This document shows positions 39,050 through 51,161 of a stretch of 55,952 nt of DNA, in pieces. A program made the position numbers and the translations under genes. Every line of letters starts with the position of its first letter. Positions within the stretch are counted from its first letter, which is position 1. Under the pieces are notes generated by a model. The model saw only the letters and a program-made list of their open reading frames with translations. It was not told where the DNA came from and did no database searches. The DNA comes from Helicobacteraceae bacterium (GTDB taxonomy: Bacteria; Campylobacterota; Campylobacteria; Campylobacterales; Sulfurimonadaceae), in contig JAQIBF010000171.1 of NCBI GenBank assembly GCA_027859195.1, positions 1 to 55,952 of the forward strand, given 5' to 3'.

Positions 39050-40015
39050 TTGCGCGTTTTAACTGGCATCCAATCCTCCGGAGATCTACATATCGGTAAC
39101 TATTTTGGTTCGATCAAGCAAATGGTCGATTCACAAGAAACAAGTGAAGTCTTCGCTTTTATTGCGAACTACCATGCAATGACATCTGTCAGCGATGGTG
39201 AGCGTCTTGCTTCATTGACAATGCAAGCTGCTATCGACTTTTTAGCGCTTGGCATGGATCCGCAAAAATCGACATTTTGGGTACAGTCTGATGTCAAGGA
39301 GGTTCTCGAACTCTACTGGGCACTTTCAGCTTTTACGCCAATGGGTCTACTGGAACGTGGGCATAGCTATAAAGATAAAACAGCAAGAGGTATTGCAAGT
39401 AACCACAACCTTTTTTCATACCCTGTTCTTATGGCGGCAGATATCTTACTTTTTAACTCAGACATCATTCCAGTCGGAAAAGACCAGATCCAACATGTTG
39501 AGATGGCACGTGACATTGCGACCAAATTCAACAACCTTCATGGTGATGTCTTTGTGATCCCTGAACATCGTGTTGATGACAATGTCGCAACCGTTCCAGG
39601 TATTGATGGGCAGAAAATGTCAAAATCTTATGGCAACACGATCAATATCTTTGGTGAAGAGAAGAAACAGCAAAAGACAATTAAGAAGATCGTCACCGAA
39701 GCAATACCGCTGGAAGATCCTAAAGAGTATGAAGATTGTAATGTCTATAACATCGCTAAACTCTTTTTAAATGAAAGCGAGCGACAAGAGTTACAAGAAC
39801 GTTATAAACGCGGCGGCGAAGGTCACGGTCACTTTAAACTCTACTTGCACGATGTTATCTGGGAGTATTTCCGTCCTTATCGTGAAAAGCGCGAATACTT
39901 TGAGAACAATCAGGACGAAATACGCGAGATCCTTGCTTTTGGCGCTTCTAAAGCGCGTAACATTGCGATGCCCATCATCGAAAAGGTTCGCCAAGCTACT
40001 GGTATTCAATACTAA
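39050..40015 (+). CDS. trpS: Tryptophan--tRNA ligase
   Basis: LHIGNY, YPVLMAADIL, PVGKDQ.QH, KMSKS; TTG start after AAGGA. Confidence 0.97.
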   Translation: MRVLTGIQSSGDLHIGNYFGSIKQMVDSQETSEVFAFIANYHAMTSVSDGERLASLTMQAAIDFLALGMDPQKSTFWVQSDVKEVLELYWALSAFTPMGLLERGHSYKDKTARGIASNHNLFSYPVLMAADILLFNSDIIPVGKDQIQHVEMARDIATKFNNLHGDVFVIPEHRVDDNVATVPGIDGQKMSKSYGNTINIFGEEKKQQKTIKKIVTEAIPLEDPKEYEDCNVYNIAKLFLNESERQELQERYKRGGEGHGHFKLYLHDVIWEYFRPYREKREYFENNQDEIREILAFGASKARNIAMPIIEKVRQATGIQY

Positions 40016-40118
40016 TATTCTCTCTATAACTTAATCTCTATACGGAGTGAAAACTCCTTATCTCCCCTTAAATCTCTTTAACTATACTTCGCCAAAATAT
40101 TACCAAGGGATAGATACT

Positions 40119-40325
40119 ATGTATAAAGTTATTATAGAAAAAGAGTGTGGCTGTGTGCGTCGTGCCAATATGTCAGCAGAGTCAAGTTTCAATGACAAAG
40201 ACGATGCACTCATCGAAGCAGGTGAAATGGCCCGTAAAATGAATGACGAATTTTGCGGTAAACATCAGTTTGCAGTACGACAAGAAGGTGAAGATTTTTT
40301 AATCACAATGCAGATGCGCGGGTAA
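40119..40325 (+). CDS. Small hypothetical Cys/His protein
   Basis: 68 aa, ECGC...FCGKH motifs, AAGGGA RBS. Confidence 0.7.
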   Translation: MYKVIIEKECGCVRRANMSAESSFNDKDDALIEAGEMARKMNDEFCGKHQFAVRQEGEDFLITMQMRG

Positions 40326-40360
40326 TATCAATCACCCGTCAATAGGGAGGCAATAGCCTC

Positions 40361-41560
40361 TTAAAAGCGAATGTTCGCTTTAGTAATAAACTTCTTATCG
40401 CTCCACTCTTTCTCTTTCAGCTCCAACAACTCTCTAACTTCATTATTGACCAATCTATAAGAGACAGTGACAAGAGCATTTCCGGCTCCCTTTGGAATGC
40501 CAACAGCAAAACTTCTATTACTGTTAGCCGGTATAGAAAAGTCTTCAGTCGCCTTAACAGCCAAGTGAGGAATCGTAACGTTTCCACGCTTGTCAGTGTA
40601 GTGCTGTGTTAGTGACAACTGCTTCTGTTCAACCGTTGCGCTTCCTGACATATAAGTAATATCTACAATAATTTCTCTCGCACCAAAACCTGTCGGAATG
40701 TTATGCGGGTTATCGTTAGTGATCGTCAAAAGAAGTTTCGAACCCTTTTGCGTGCCCGTAATGGTAAGTGCTTCTTCCCACATTGATGCTGTGTGTGCAC
40801 CAATAAATCCATGTTCACGTACCATACGTTTTTTCGCTCTGCCGTTTTCAATAGGCAAGGTACTGGCGACACCTTCTCTTTTTGGACTCATATGACAGTC
40901 AGCACACTGCTTTTCTGTCTCTTTATACTCTTTTTCTGTATTGGCAAAAACGAGTCCAGCGACTGAACGGTCGTTGGCATGACAAGTAAAGCAGAGTGTT
41001 TTAGGATCTTTACTGAAAAAATCACGCTGCTGTGTCTTATGATAAGGTGACTTAGCATCAGCGAATGGTCCGCTCATAGTACCGATTGGATTCCACTTAA
41101 TACGGTGTATTCCACGTTTAGAAGCTGGAAGATTCTCATCAATACTGTCAACATTATGACAAACTAGACAGTTGATTCCCTCTGCAATATCATCATTTTC
41201 AACTGCTTTGTTGATCGCTGAGTTTTTGTCAAGATTCATCACCGCCGCGATCTCATAATCTGTTCCGGTCTCAGTTACAGCTATACGAGGGTTGTGACAT
41301 ACCGCACACTGTACTTTTACGCCATTGATAGATTTACGTGTTTTACGATGTACATATTCCATAGAAGCACGCAAGTACTCATTACTATCGTAATGTGACT
41401 TAGCATGATATGACTTTTGCCACGCTCTAACAATCGGCATATGGCAACTTTTACAGTTACTTGAATCTTGATACTTTTCATTGAGCACAGGTGCCGCTTC
41501 TGGTGAAGCAGCAAAGCTGATGCCCATGAAAAGAAGAAGTGAAATTCCAATTTTAAACAT
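40361..41560 (-). CDS. Pentaheme cytochrome c (c554/c552-like) with Ig-like C-terminus
   Basis: CKSCH, CAVCH, CLVCH, CFTCH, CADCH; signal peptide; H.IPTG motif. Confidence 0.88.
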   Translation of the reverse strand: MFKIGISLLLFMGISFAASPEAAPVLNEKYQDSSNCKSCHMPIVRAWQKSYHAKSHYDSNEYLRASMEYVHRKTRKSINGVKVQCAVCHNPRIAVTETGTDYEIAAVMNLDKNSAINKAVENDDIAEGINCLVCHNVDSIDENLPASKRGIHRIKWNPIGTMSGPFADAKSPYHKTQQRDFFSKDPKTLCFTCHANDRSVAGLVFANTEKEYKETEKQCADCHMSPKREGVASTLPIENGRAKKRMVREHGFIGAHTASMWEEALTITGTQKGSKLLLTITNDNPHNIPTGFGAREIIVDITYMSGSATVEQKQLSLTQHYTDKRGNVTIPHLAVKATEDFSIPANSNRSFAVGIPKGAGNALVTVSYRLVNNEVRELLELKEKEWSDKKFITKANIRF

Positions 41561-41693
41561 ATACTCTACCTTAAGAAATTTATCGACTTTCAGAGTATAC
41601 CCTTATTGAAAGAAAGTATTCTTGAAATCGTGGGTTATTGGACCGTAAAAGATAAAAAGTAAGCGATAATTTCTGCTTATAATACAGAGTCTA

Positions 41694-41732
41694 AAAATTC
41701 TACCTGCTTTTCAGATGATCAGGTAAAATTTT
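41694..41732 (-). terminator. Inverted repeat downstream of argF
   Basis: aaaattctacctg / caggtaaaatttt. Confidence 0.45.
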
Positions 41733-41741
41733 ATCTAACGT

Positions 41742-42662
41742 CTACTGTTGTCTATCCAACCAGACCATTAGACCTTTTTGAGCATGTAGACGGTTTTCGG
41801 CCTCTTCAAATACAACACTCTGCACGCCTTCTAAAACAGCCTCACTCACTTCTTGACCACGGTACGCCGGTAAACAGTGTAAAAAAATCGCTTCACTGTC
41901 CGCTTCTTCCATCAGCGCTTCATCGACAATAAACCCGCCAAAAGCTGTGATGCGTTCTTCTTTTTCATCTTCCTGTCCCATCGAAGCCCATGTATCAGTT
42001 GTGACCACAGTTGCCCCTGCGACTGCTTCATGCGGAGAGTTTGTAAATATCAGTTTTGCCCCGCTCTCTTTAGCAATAGATTCCGCTTCCGCTCTAATAT
42101 CAGCATCCACCTCATAGGCATGAGGCGTTGCAACACGTAACTCAAATCCGAGTTTTGCCGCTAACATCATCCATGAATTTGTCATATTATTGCCATCGCC
42201 TACATACGCTGCAACGATGTTCTCACTTTTATTGTGCTCTTTTATAGTCATATAATCTGCCAAGAGTTGGATGGGGTGGTACGTATCCGTCAGTCCATTA
42301 ATAACAGGTACTTTTGAATATGCCGCGAACTCTTCTAACATACTGTGTCCAAATGTACGGATCATCACCATGTCACACATTGATGAGATAACCCGGGCAG
42401 TATCTTTGACTGGTTCGCCGCGTCCCAGGTGGATGTCACGGTTAGAGAGGAAGAGACCGTGTCCACCTAATTGAAAAACACCTGTCTCAAAACTGACACG
42501 CGTACGCGTTGAACTCTTTTCAAAGATCATAGCTAATGTTTTGTTTAGCATGTATGGTTTTCTTTCACCGTTTTTAAGCTCTTTTTTAATTGCTAAACCC
42601 AGATCAATGATCTCCAGGATCTCTTCTTTGGAATAATCTTTAAGTGTTAAAAAATGTCTCAC
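41742..42662 (-). CDS. argF: Ornithine carbamoyltransferase
   Basis: [31 protein letters not shown]. Confidence 0.97.
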   Translation of the reverse strand: MRHFLTLKDYSKEEILEIIDLGLAIKKELKNGERKPYMLNKTLAMIFEKSSTRTRVSFETGVFQLGGHGLFLSNRDIHLGRGEPVKDTARVISSMCDMVMIRTFGHSMLEEFAAYSKVPVINGLTDTYHPIQLLADYMTIKEHNKSENIVAAYVGDGNNMTNSWMMLAAKLGFELRVATPHAYEVDADIRAEAESIAKESGAKLIFTNSPHEAVAGATVVTTDTWASMGQEDEKEERITAFGGFIVDEALMEEADSEAIFLHCLPAYRGQEVSEAVLEGVQSVVFEEAENRLHAQKGLMVWLDRQQ

Positions 42663-45073
42663 ATTTTTCCTTTTTCTATAATCATGTCACAACTCTCTGC
42701 CTTGCCAAAGTAGTAACCTTGTGCATATTCGATACCTAGTTCTTGAATAATAACATAAATCTCAGGTGTACTTACAAATTCTGCGATCAATGCGATGTTA
42801 AGTGTATGTGCAAAATCCACTATCCCTTTTACTATATTACGGCTCTCTGCATTGACATCGATATCTTTGATCAATGAACCGTCAATTTTTATAAAGTCAG
42901 GTCGGATCTGTGCCAAGTAAGCAAAATTTGAATAACCTGTGCCAAAATCATCAATCGATATCTTAAAGCCTAATGCTTTGATCGCCTGAATGATCTTAAT
43001 ATACTTCTCATGCAGTAACTCTTCTGTCTCAACTAATTCTATTGAGATCTCTGAAGCCTTGACATTATGCAGACAGAGACTTTCTTCGAGATAATGCAGA
43101 ATATCGTCATCCAGATCATCCCGTGTCATATTAATAGAGATCGCTTTCTCACACCTGTACATCAACGCAAAGCTCTGATCAATAATCACTTTGGTCAGAC
43201 GTTTTTCTAACCCCATCTTCTGTAGAACTGTCAAGAATTCAACAGGGGCGATAACCGCGCCTCCATCTTCCTCGCGCAAGCGGATCAAAACTTCAAACTT
43301 GACACAACTCCCATCTTTTGTCGAAACAATAGGTTGGAAGTGGGCTTCGAACCGGTTTTGCTCAAATGCATTTTTTATGCGTTTTACCCACTCCAGATTT
43401 GACTGGTATCTTATTTTATATGAGTCGTCACCCGTATAAACACTGTAACGTTTTTGATTAGAAATCGCATCTTTAACAGCCAACTCGGCTTGTGTTAAAA
43501 TGGAACTTCGAGTCGAATTTTCACTACTGTTGGCCAAACCAAAATTGAAGGTTAACGGCATATCGATCCCGTTGTAGCGCACTAAATAGGTATTGGTCAA
43601 TGCCTCGACCACCCGTGAAATATACTGCTGATTTGCGCAGACGATAATAAACTCATCTGAACCCATACGATAGACCTGTAACTTCATCATCGGCTCAGTC
43701 GCTATCCCTGTCACAAGCTTTTTCAGGACATCTGCTGCCTCTTTCAAATAGATATCGCCGACAGATTGACCAAAAGAGTCATTAATCAGTGAAAAATTGT
43801 AGATGTCGATATAGATCAGGCTGAATTGCTTTTTCTCTTCCAACGCCTTTTCCAACACATTCAACAACTTAACACGGTTTGGCAGTGTTGTCAATGGGTC
43901 TAACTCATAGTTGTCGCGAATAGTCTTAAACTGTTTGTTGATCTTTGTATTGAAGGCAAAAAGTTTACGATACACCTGCCCCAACTCACTTGGAGATTTT
44001 AGCAGTAATAGACGGTCTTTCTTTCTCTCGGCAGTACTACGGTCGCTTAAAAAATCCAACATTGTTCGCAGGGCGATATTGATATCCAGGAAGACAAAAT
44101 AAGCGATCATGGCCACAATCAAAATAGGAATGACCAACATAATCAAGTCTATGTAGACTCTTGAAAGATAACGTTCCGTCTCATTTTCCAGTTGCGAAGT
44201 AAGTTTTTCAAATTCAATATTAGAAATCTCTCTAAGATTTTGAATATTGTTTTTTGTCGCACCACCCCAAGCAGTCACGTCAAAAGGCTCTCCTTCAATC
44301 TTGAAAACGTGGTTTCGAAAATTCTCTTTTTGAATGTTCATCTCAACAAAGTCACTGTTTCTATAACTTGCATATAGTCTTTTGATAGCTATAGGACCGG
44401 CACTGCGTTTAAAACGGTCCAGTTCGCTCTGTGCCTTGCCGCTTTGTAACACAATGACTTCAAAAAGGTCAGGGCTAAGCGAGCCTTCACCCATCACTGC
44501 CATAGTCAAATCTGCTTCTAGAGCACTGTACTCCACTGCATTTATCATATCGGTGTAAGCGACAAAGCCATCCGTACTATTGTTTTTGGTAATGCCGGAG
44601 ACAATGTCGATAAGGTGCTTGATAATCCCATCTGTGTAATATCGAACCACTTCTGTACCACTGAGATTTTGGGCGAGAAGTTTTTTGTATATTGCGGGGA
44701 AGTTATCCAAACTTTTGTGGATGATGTTTTGTTTCTTTTGAAAGGTGCAGTGTTGTATCAGCTCTTGTAGTTTAACGAGCTTGGCTTTCCTCATATCAAC
44801 TGCACGGTTATAGGCAGCCGAATCCTGAGTAACATATAAAAAGCTAAGGGCTTCCCGGCGCTCTTCTTCAAAAGAGGCGATCAGCATTTGGATCTCTCGT
44901 ACTTTTCGCAAGGCTTCTAAATTGCTGACTTTTGTAGTATAGACATTGTAGTTAGTAGCGATATACGAGAGGTTCCAAAAGACGATGCCCGTAATCAAAA
45001 ACAGGATCAGAAAACCGACTTTGAACTTAACGCTAAAACGGCTAAGAAAGTAGAGAATGGAGTTGGTCATCAC
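42659..45073 (-). CDS. TM-NIT-like sensor-GGDEF(degenerate)-EAL c-di-GMP phosphodiesterase
   Basis: Periplasmic helical domain (FEEERR, YYT..I..L, VEYSALE), [34 protein letters not shown]. Confidence 0.85.
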   Translation of the reverse strand: MMTNSILYFLSRFSVKFKVGFLILFLITGIVFWNLSYIATNYNVYTTKVSNLEALRKVREIQMLIASFEEERREALSFLYVTQDSAAYNRAVDMRKAKLVKLQELIQHCTFQKKQNIIHKSLDNFPAIYKKLLAQNLSGTEVVRYYTDGIIKHLIDIVSGITKNNSTDGFVAYTDMINAVEYSALEADLTMAVMGEGSLSPDLFEVIVLQSGKAQSELDRFKRSAGPIAIKRLYASYRNSDFVEMNIQKENFRNHVFKIEGEPFDVTAWGGATKNNIQNLREISNIEFEKLTSQLENETERYLSRVYIDLIMLVIPILIVAMIAYFVFLDINIALRTMLDFLSDRSTAERKKDRLLLLKSPSELGQVYRKLFAFNTKINKQFKTIRDNYELDPLTTLPNRVKLLNVLEKALEEKKQFSLIYIDIYNFSLINDSFGQSVGDIYLKEAADVLKKLVTGIATEPMMKLQVYRMGSDEFIIVCANQQYISRVVEALTNTYLVRYNGIDMPLTFNFGLANSSENSTRSSILTQAELAVKDAISNQKRYSVYTGDDSYKIRYQSNLEWVKRIKNAFEQNRFEAHFQPIVSTKDGSCVKFEVLIRLREEDGGAVIAPVEFLTVLQKMGLEKRLTKVIIDQSFALMYRCEKAISINMTRDDLDDDILHYLEESLCLHNVKASEISIELVETEELLHEKYIKIIQAIKALGFKISIDDFGTGYSNFAYLAQIRPDFIKIDGSLIKDIDVNAESRNIVKGIVDFAHTLNIALIAEFVSTPEIYVIIQELGIEYAQGYYFGKAESCDMIIEKGKM

Positions 45074-45079
45074 TACCTC

Positions 45080-46048
45080 TTATCTCAAAAGCTTTGCCAC
45101 TTCTTTTGCATGATAAGAGATAATAATATCGGCACCCGCACGTTTAAAAGCGATCATTGTCTCCATTAAGACGCGGTCATAATCAATGAGCCCTTTTTCC
45201 CCTGCATATTTAAGCATTGCATATTCACCACTGACATTATAAACAGCAAGCGGTAGACGGGTATTCTCTTTAATGTCGCGAACTATATCAAGATACGCAA
45301 GAGCTGGTTTCACCATTAAGATATCGGCGCCTTGCACTTCATCTGCGATACTCTCATTAATTGCTTCACGACGATTAGCCGGGTCCATCTGGTAAGAACC
45401 GCGATCACCGAAAGAGGGGGTGGACTCCGCAACATCACGGAATGGCCCATAATAACCACTGGAAAACTTCGTCGAATAACTCATAATCGGCAAGTTCTCG
45501 TACCCGCCTTCATCGAGTGCGGTTCTAAGTGTCTCAATGATACCGTCCATCATACCTGAGGGCGCGATCATATCAGCGCCGGCCTTGGCATGCACCAAGG
45601 CCTGTTTACCGGAGATCTCAAGCGTCGCGTCATTATCGACTGTCTCATGCAGATGATCGATGATCCCGCAGTGTCCATGGTCGGTATATTCACAAAAGCA
45701 CAAATCAGTCACCACAAACATCTCCGGATGGGCTTTTTTGATGCTTCGTACTGCTTCAGCGATGATGCCATGTTCGCAAAGCGCATCTGAACCTACCGAG
45801 TCTTTTGTCTCCGGAATACCAAATAATATAATAGCCTTGAGACCCAGTTTTTTTAGTTCATCACACTCTTTCACTGCCTCGTCGATACTCATTTGAAAAA
45901 CACCAGGCATCGAAGCGACCTCAGTTCTAATACCCTTTCCAGGACGTACAAAAAGCGGGTAGATAAAGTCATCAGTTGAGACATGTGTCTCGCGAACAAG
46001 GGCGCGAAGATGCGGATTTAAACGGTTGCGACGAAATCGTTGAAACAT
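45080..46048 (-). CDS. hemB: Porphobilinogen synthase
   Basis: [41 protein letters not shown]. Confidence 0.97.
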   Translation of the reverse strand: MFQRFRRNRLNPHLRALVRETHVSTDDFIYPLFVRPGKGIRTEVASMPGVFQMSIDEAVKECDELKKLGLKAIILFGIPETKDSVGSDALCEHGIIAEAVRSIKKAHPEMFVVTDLCFCEYTDHGHCGIIDHLHETVDNDATLEISGKQALVHAKAGADMIAPSGMMDGIIETLRTALDEGGYENLPIMSYSTKFSSGYYGPFRDVAESTPSFGDRGSYQMDPANRREAINESIADEVQGADILMVKPALAYLDIVRDIKENTRLPLAVYNVSGEYAMLKYAGEKGLIDYDRVLMETMIAFKRAGADIIISYHAKEVAKLLR

Positions 46049-46172
46049 TAATAGCCTTTGGCTTAAATAGGGTCTCTGGAGGTTCCCTACAGCTTGAATA
46101 ATTTTTTTTATGTATAATTCTAAAAACAATATAATATCGATTAGATTATTAAATATAGGTAGAATAAAAAAA

Positions 46173-46736
46173 ATGAAGATAAAAATTTCCGATGTTGCCA
46201 AGCTCCCCTCACGATTTGGTAACTTTAAAGTCAAAGCCTTTAAAGAAGGGCACAAAGAGCACCTTGTCATCTATAAAGAGCCTTTAAACGAATCCCCTAT
46301 CGTTCGTATACACTCGGAGTGCCTGACCGGGGATGCTTTGGGCAGCCTTAAATGTGATTGTCGTGATCAATTAGAGTTTGCGCTGAATAGTATTGAGAAA
46401 GCCGGCGGCATGGTGATCTATTTACGTCAAGAGGGACGTAACATCGGGCTATTAAACAAGATCAACGCCTATGCACTGCAAGACAAGGGGCTTAACACTG
46501 TCGAGGCCAACCATCAACTTGGATTTGCTGCAGATGAACGCACCTATGAAGTTGTCACAACTATTTTAGAACATTTCAACATTCAAAAGATCCGTCTCCT
46601 TACCAATAATCCTGACAAGATCAACTCACTAAAAGATATTGAGATCGTAGAACGTCTGCCGATCATCATCGATTCAAACGAGCATAATGAGGGTTATCTA
46701 CAAGTCAAAAGAGATGAGATGGGCCATTTACTGTAA
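46173..46736 (+). CDS. ribA: GTP cyclohydrolase II
   Basis: [11 protein letters not shown]...[20 protein letters not shown]. Confidence 0.96.
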   Translation: MKIKISDVAKLPSRFGNFKVKAFKEGHKEHLVIYKEPLNESPIVRIHSECLTGDALGSLKCDCRDQLEFALNSIEKAGGMVIYLRQEGRNIGLLNKINAYALQDKGLNTVEANHQLGFAADERTYEVVTTILEHFNIQKIRLLTNNPDKINSLKDIEIVERLPIIIDSNEHNEGYLQVKRDEMGHLL

Positions 46737-46740
46737 AAAC

Positions 46741-46781
46741 AGATCAACCACTCTTTTTACGCAAGAGGTGATCTTCTTTTT
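46741..46781 (+). terminator. Rho-independent terminator after ribA
   Basis: agatca..ctctt / aagag..tgatct hairpin followed by a T run. Confidence 0.5.
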
Positions 46782-46838
46782 AGCGCATATGTTATATGAT
46801 AAGCGTCAGATAAATTCAATTATTAAGGTAGATTTTCA

Positions 46839-47372
46839 ATGAAATTTTTCACATTTTTATTTCTTGCACTGCTTCCCTACTCACTGTCAGCAGAAAGCGG
46901 CGAATGGTTTGTCGGTATAGATGCCGGTGCAACGGGGGTTAAACTTACGGATCAGACGGTAAAAACTGACTCTATTTATGGAGCTGAATATGGCCTGAAA
47001 GTCGGTCTGCGTGAAGATCATGGGCGTATCTACATCGGGGTTACTTCAGCGAATGATATTGGTGACGAAGTCAGTAAAACTCTCAATCCGTATATTGCCC
47101 TGGAAGGGATCAGTGACGAATTCAAAGTCATCGCACAATCGACTGCAAAGTTCTATTTCGGTGCTCGTTTTGGTGCTTCGATCGCTGATATCAACAGTAC
47201 ATCTACCACGGCCGGCTTAGCCGGTGTGCAAGGCGGACTTGTCTTTTTACTGCCTGCTGATTTCGAGATCGAACTTGCCTATCGCCACTACTGGACGTTC
47301 AGAGACAAAGCAACTAATTTTAGTGCTGGTGCCGTTTATAGCAGTCTGAACTACAAATTCGGTGCCTTTTAG
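46839..47372 (+). CDS. Small outer-membrane beta-barrel protein
   Basis: Signal peptide, alternating beta strands, [14 protein letters not shown], terminal NYKF(GAF). Confidence 0.7.
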   Translation: MKFFTFLFLALLPYSLSAESGEWFVGIDAGATGVKLTDQTVKTDSIYGAEYGLKVGLREDHGRIYIGVTSANDIGDEVSKTLNPYIALEGISDEFKVIAQSTAKFYFGARFGASIADINSTSTTAGLAGVQGGLVFLLPADFEIELAYRHYWTFRDKATNFSAGAVYSSLNYKFGAF

Positions 47373-47380
47373 AGTCTATC

Positions 47381-47956
47381 GTGAATATAAAAGCAGAACT
47401 CCTAAAAGACAATATTGCGCTTGATGAACAGTTTTTTACCTGGGTCACACAGTATAAAGAACACCTCAAAAAATGGAACAAGATCCATAACCTTACGGGT
47501 GCAAAAAAAGAAGAACTGATGGACAAATTCATCTACGATGCTGTCTTTCCTGTCTCTTTTCTACCTAAGGTCAACACTATTTTAGACATTGGGACCGGTG
47601 CCGGATTCCCGGGGATGATCCTTGCTTTTGCTCTGCCTGAGACAGAGGTCATCTTATGTGAACCACTGCAAAAACGGGCCAGTTTTCTACAGTTTATCAA
47701 AGCCGATCTTGGACTAAAAAATGTCACTGTTGCCAACTGCCGTGTTGAAGAGCTGGAACCTCGGCCTATCGACCTGGTCACTTCTCGTGCAGTAACGGAT
47801 ACTTCTATGTTGATGAAACTGAGTAAGCCTTTCGTCACCAAAGGGAGTAAACTCCTCTTTTACAAAGGCGAGCGCGTTTTTGATGAAGTGGATATGTCAC
47901 TGAACCATCAGATCATTCAGACACAAAACCGTCACTATCTTATTATTGAGGTCTAA
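47381..47956 (+). CDS. rsmG: 16S rRNA m7G527 methyltransferase
   Basis: [23 protein letters not shown]. Confidence 0.94.
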   Translation: MNIKAELLKDNIALDEQFFTWVTQYKEHLKKWNKIHNLTGAKKEELMDKFIYDAVFPVSFLPKVNTILDIGTGAGFPGMILAFALPETEVILCEPLQKRASFLQFIKADLGLKNVTVANCRVEELEPRPIDLVTSRAVTDTSMLMKLSKPFVTKGSKLLFYKGERVFDEVDMSLNHQIIQTQNRHYLIIEV

Positions 47957-47965
47957 GGAGAATCC

Positions 47966-48190
47966 ATGTTATTAAAAGCATTGCTTGTTATCGGCGTTAT
48001 CGCGGCCATCTACTTCTTCTTTTTTAAAAAAAGCACCCCGCTTACCAAAGAGCGTTATGATAAAAAGAGAAAAGATGATGAAGAGACGATGGTAGAGTGC
48101 GAAAGCTGCAGCACCTATATCAGCACCGCTGAAGCTATTGTGGTATCAGGCAAGTTCTACTGCTCGACAGAATGCCGCGATAAAGCCTAA
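47966..48190 (+). CDS. PP0621-family small protein
   Basis: N-terminal TM, MVECESC.TY.....A......YCS.EC. Confidence 0.8.
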   Translation: MLLKALLVIGVIAAIYFFFFKKSTPLTKERYDKKRKDDEETMVECESCSTYISTAEAIVVSGKFYCSTECRDKA

Positions 48191-48199
48191 GGAGTCAAG

Positions 48200-48592
48200 A
48201 TGCTTCTTTTTGGCCACCCTTACATCGACTTTGAACCGTTTTACCATATTGTCGAGATCAATGAGATTGAACGTACCCCTGCTAACAGTACCCTTTTTGT
48301 TCACTTTGACGAGTCCAATCTCGATATCATCAGACACATGAAAAACAATCATCTCTCTTATGCAATTGAAGCTGCGAACCTGAGTGAAGTCATTCTCGCG
48401 CACAACCTTGGCGCAAACTATATTCTTGTCAAAGAGAACCTCGCCAAATCAGCACAAAATGTCGCCGAGAACTATCTTTTTGATGCCAAGATCTTATGCC
48501 GACTGACAAACGATGTCGATCTTGAAGAGAAGATCATCGAAGGGATCGACGGGGTCATCTACGCCCAAGCGATCATAAAAACAAGTAATTGA
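48200..48592 (+). CDS. Hypothetical protein
   Basis: 130 aa, AAGGAG RBS, AQ..AENYLFDAKIL...GIDGVI. Confidence 0.75.
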   Translation: MLLFGHPYIDFEPFYHIVEINEIERTPANSTLFVHFDESNLDIIRHMKNNHLSYAIEAANLSEVILAHNLGANYILVKENLAKSAQNVAENYLFDAKILCRLTNDVDLEEKIIEGIDGVIYAQAIIKTSN

Positions 48593-49071
48593 GACTCTTC
48601 TTCATCCGTATTGCTTGTTCAATCCTGATCTTAGCCCTTTTCAGCGGCTGTTCCACACGTTCAGCAGGCCACGTTGCCTCACCAAACAGTGCACATGTTA
48701 ATTACAGTGATCTGGACAAACTTTACCCTTACCACAACCAATGGCACCAGACCCCCTACAAACTTGGCGGGTTTGGTGCCAAGGGAATTGACTGTTCAGC
48801 CTTTGTGCAAAGAGCCTATCAAGACCTTTTCAACATGACTATTCCCCGTACGACCAGAACATTAGCCAGATACGGTCGGAAGGTACCACGTTCGGATATA
48901 ACGACAAGCGATCTTATCTTTTTTAAAACAGGGTATAACACGCGCCATGTCGGTATCTATTTACAAAATGGTGACTTTATGCACACCTCGTCAAGGGAAG
49001 GCGTTATCATTTCAAACATCAATGATCCGTACTGGAAAAAACGCTACTGGATGACAAGAAGAGTTAAATAA
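48589..49071 (+). CDS. NlpC/P60 family lipoprotein endopeptidase
   Basis: FSGC lipobox, PYKLGG, GIDCSAFV, HVGIY, FMH. Confidence 0.92.
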   Translation: MRLFFIRIACSILILALFSGCSTRSAGHVASPNSAHVNYSDLDKLYPYHNQWHQTPYKLGGFGAKGIDCSAFVQRAYQDLFNMTIPRTTRTLARYGRKVPRSDITTSDLIFFKTGYNTRHVGIYLQNGDFMHTSSREGVIISNINDPYWKKRYWMTRRVK

Positions 49072-50080
49072 CCACGCGCGCTATTTCAGGGTGCAATCCT
49101 ACCAATACCTCATACCCTATCGTCCCGGCAGCCTCGGCATAACGATTCGCATCCTCAAATATTACCAACTCTTCTTTATCGCCAGTAAAAGAGCTGTTGT
49201 CCATAGAGATACGCCCAAGAAGCTGTTCCCCGGAAGGTGTTGTGTATCGGTTTGAAGCGGCTCGTAACAGACCATCTCCATACCCAACATCATACGTTGA
49301 GACAAGCATCTCTTTGTCGGCTCTATATGTGGCGTTATACCCGACATGCTCACCTTCTTTAAGAGTACGCGTAGCAATTTTTTGTGCGGTTAATGTCATT
49401 ACCGGCTGCAAGTCAGGCTGCTCTAGGGTCAGATCCATCTCTAAGCAGCCGTAAGCAGCTATCCCTACCCTTACAAGGTCTTCATCAAATGCTTTATAAC
49501 GAAAGGCGGAAGCTGAGTTAGATGAGTGAAAACGGGGTGTCTCATATCCATAGGTGGTTTGAGATGCCGACACCTGTTTTTTGACTTTTTCAAAGTTTTT
49601 TCGCTGCCAGAACCACTCTGAGCTCAACGTGTCTGCGCTGCGATTATGGGTGAATACACCTTTTAAGAGAAGTCCTTTTTTTGTGATCAGCAAAAGGGCC
49701 TCTTCAACCTCACGCATCGATACACCATTACGGTGCATCCCTGTATCGACTTTAAGTTCAACCCGTATACCTGCCGGCATTTTCTCTATCTGTGCCAGAG
49801 TATTGATCGCATAGTGTATCTTCTCGTCAACACTGTATTCATGCCCCGCTAGCACCAATATCGTTTCAAAATACCCTTTTATCTTCTCTGCTTCATTACT
49901 ATTATGAACCACCGCCGCTCTGATGCCATACTCATGTGACAGTTTCGCCATTTCAAGAAGGCCATGCCCATACGCGTTATCTTTTAAGACTACTGCGATT
50001 TTAGAGACAGCACCAACTTTTTGTGCGATAATGTCAAGATTATTAAAATATGCCTTACGGCTGAGTCGTATAATTGCCAT
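49064..50080 (-). CDS. alr: Alanine racemase
   Basis: VLKDNAYGHG, KVDTGMHRNG, GYGDG, GRISMD. Confidence 0.95.
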   Translation of the reverse strand: MAIIRLSRKAYFNNLDIIAQKVGAVSKIAVVLKDNAYGHGLLEMAKLSHEYGIRAAVVHNSNEAEKIKGYFETILVLAGHEYSVDEKIHYAINTLAQIEKMPAGIRVELKVDTGMHRNGVSMREVEEALLLITKKGLLLKGVFTHNRSADTLSSEWFWQRKNFEKVKKQVSASQTTYGYETPRFHSSNSASAFRYKAFDEDLVRVGIAAYGCLEMDLTLEQPDLQPVMTLTAQKIATRTLKEGEHVGYNATYRADKEMLVSTYDVGYGDGLLRAASNRYTTPSGEQLLGRISMDNSSFTGDKEELVIFEDANRYAEAAGTIGYEVLVGLHPEIARVVI

Positions 50081-50120
50081 GCGTAATTATAACAAGCAAA
50101 GGTAAAATAGGAGGCCTTAC

Positions 50121-51161
50121 ATGTCTAAGCCAAACACACACAAAAACAGATCCACTCGCCTCCCCGCCGAATTTGAAAAACAATCGTTTGTGCAGATGAT
50201 CTTTCCCCATGCCGATAGTGATTGGGCTCCCTACCTCCAAGAGGCCTCTGAAACCTTTGTTGCTATCGCGACGGCTATCTCCAGATTTGAAAGATGTCTA
50301 ATGATCTGTGATGACATTGTACGTGTCAAAGCATATTTCAGTAAAACAGACAACATCTCTTTCATACAAGCGGACAGCGATGACACCTGGGCGCGGGACT
50401 GCAGTGGTATTACTGTGATCAATGATACAAAACCGACCGTGATAGACTTTACCTTTACAGGCTGGGGCAATAAGTTTGATGCTTCTCTCGATAATGCCCT
50501 GACCTCAAAAATTGCCGACTATTACGGTGCAAACTATAAAAGAGAGCGAGTGATCCTCGAAGGCGGCGCTATTGAATCAAACGGCGATGACTTGATCTTA
50601 ACGACAACCGAGTGTCTACTCAACCCCAACCGAAACATCAAGTTGACCCAAAAGTTCGAAATAGAAAATATTTTAGCAGAGAACCTCGGAACCAAAAAGA
50701 TCCTCTGGCTCAACCACGGGTATCTTGCAGGCGACGATACGGACAGTCATATTGACACCTTGGCCCGATTCTCGGACAGAGAGACGATTGTCTATGTTCA
50801 GTGTCTGGAGAAAGAAGATGAACACTATGAAGCCTTGTCACTGATGGAGGAAGAGCTGCAGTTATTGCGAGATCTTGAAGGAAAGCCCTTTAAACTCCTG
50901 GCACTGCCAATGACCGATGCCATCTATTATGACGAGGAAAGGCTGCCTGCCACCTATGCCAATTTTTTGATCATCAATGACGCTGTGATCGTACCGACAT
51001 ACAGTGACCGCCATGACGGCGAAGCACTCGAAACAATCCAAAAGGCCTTTCCAACAAGAGAGGTCATCGGTGTAGAGTGCTCCGTACTGATCCGACAGCA
51101 CGGTTCACTCCACTGTGTTACGATGCAATTTCCGGAAGCAGTTACTTTGAAAGCGGAGTAG
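50121..51161 (+). CDS. aguA: Agmatine deiminase family protein
   Basis: PAEFE, DTWARD, LEGGAIESNG, DDTDSHID, GSLHCVT.Q. Confidence 0.9.
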   Translation: MSKPNTHKNRSTRLPAEFEKQSFVQMIFPHADSDWAPYLQEASETFVAIATAISRFERCLMICDDIVRVKAYFSKTDNISFIQADSDDTWARDCSGITVINDTKPTVIDFTFTGWGNKFDASLDNALTSKIADYYGANYKRERVILEGGAIESNGDDLILTTTECLLNPNRNIKLTQKFEIENILAENLGTKKILWLNHGYLAGDDTDSHIDTLARFSDRETIVYVQCLEKEDEHYEALSLMEEELQLLRDLEGKPFKLLALPMTDAIYYDEERLPATYANFLIINDAVIVPTYSDRHDGEALETIQKAFPTREVIGVECSVLIRQHGSLHCVTMQFPEAVTLKAE

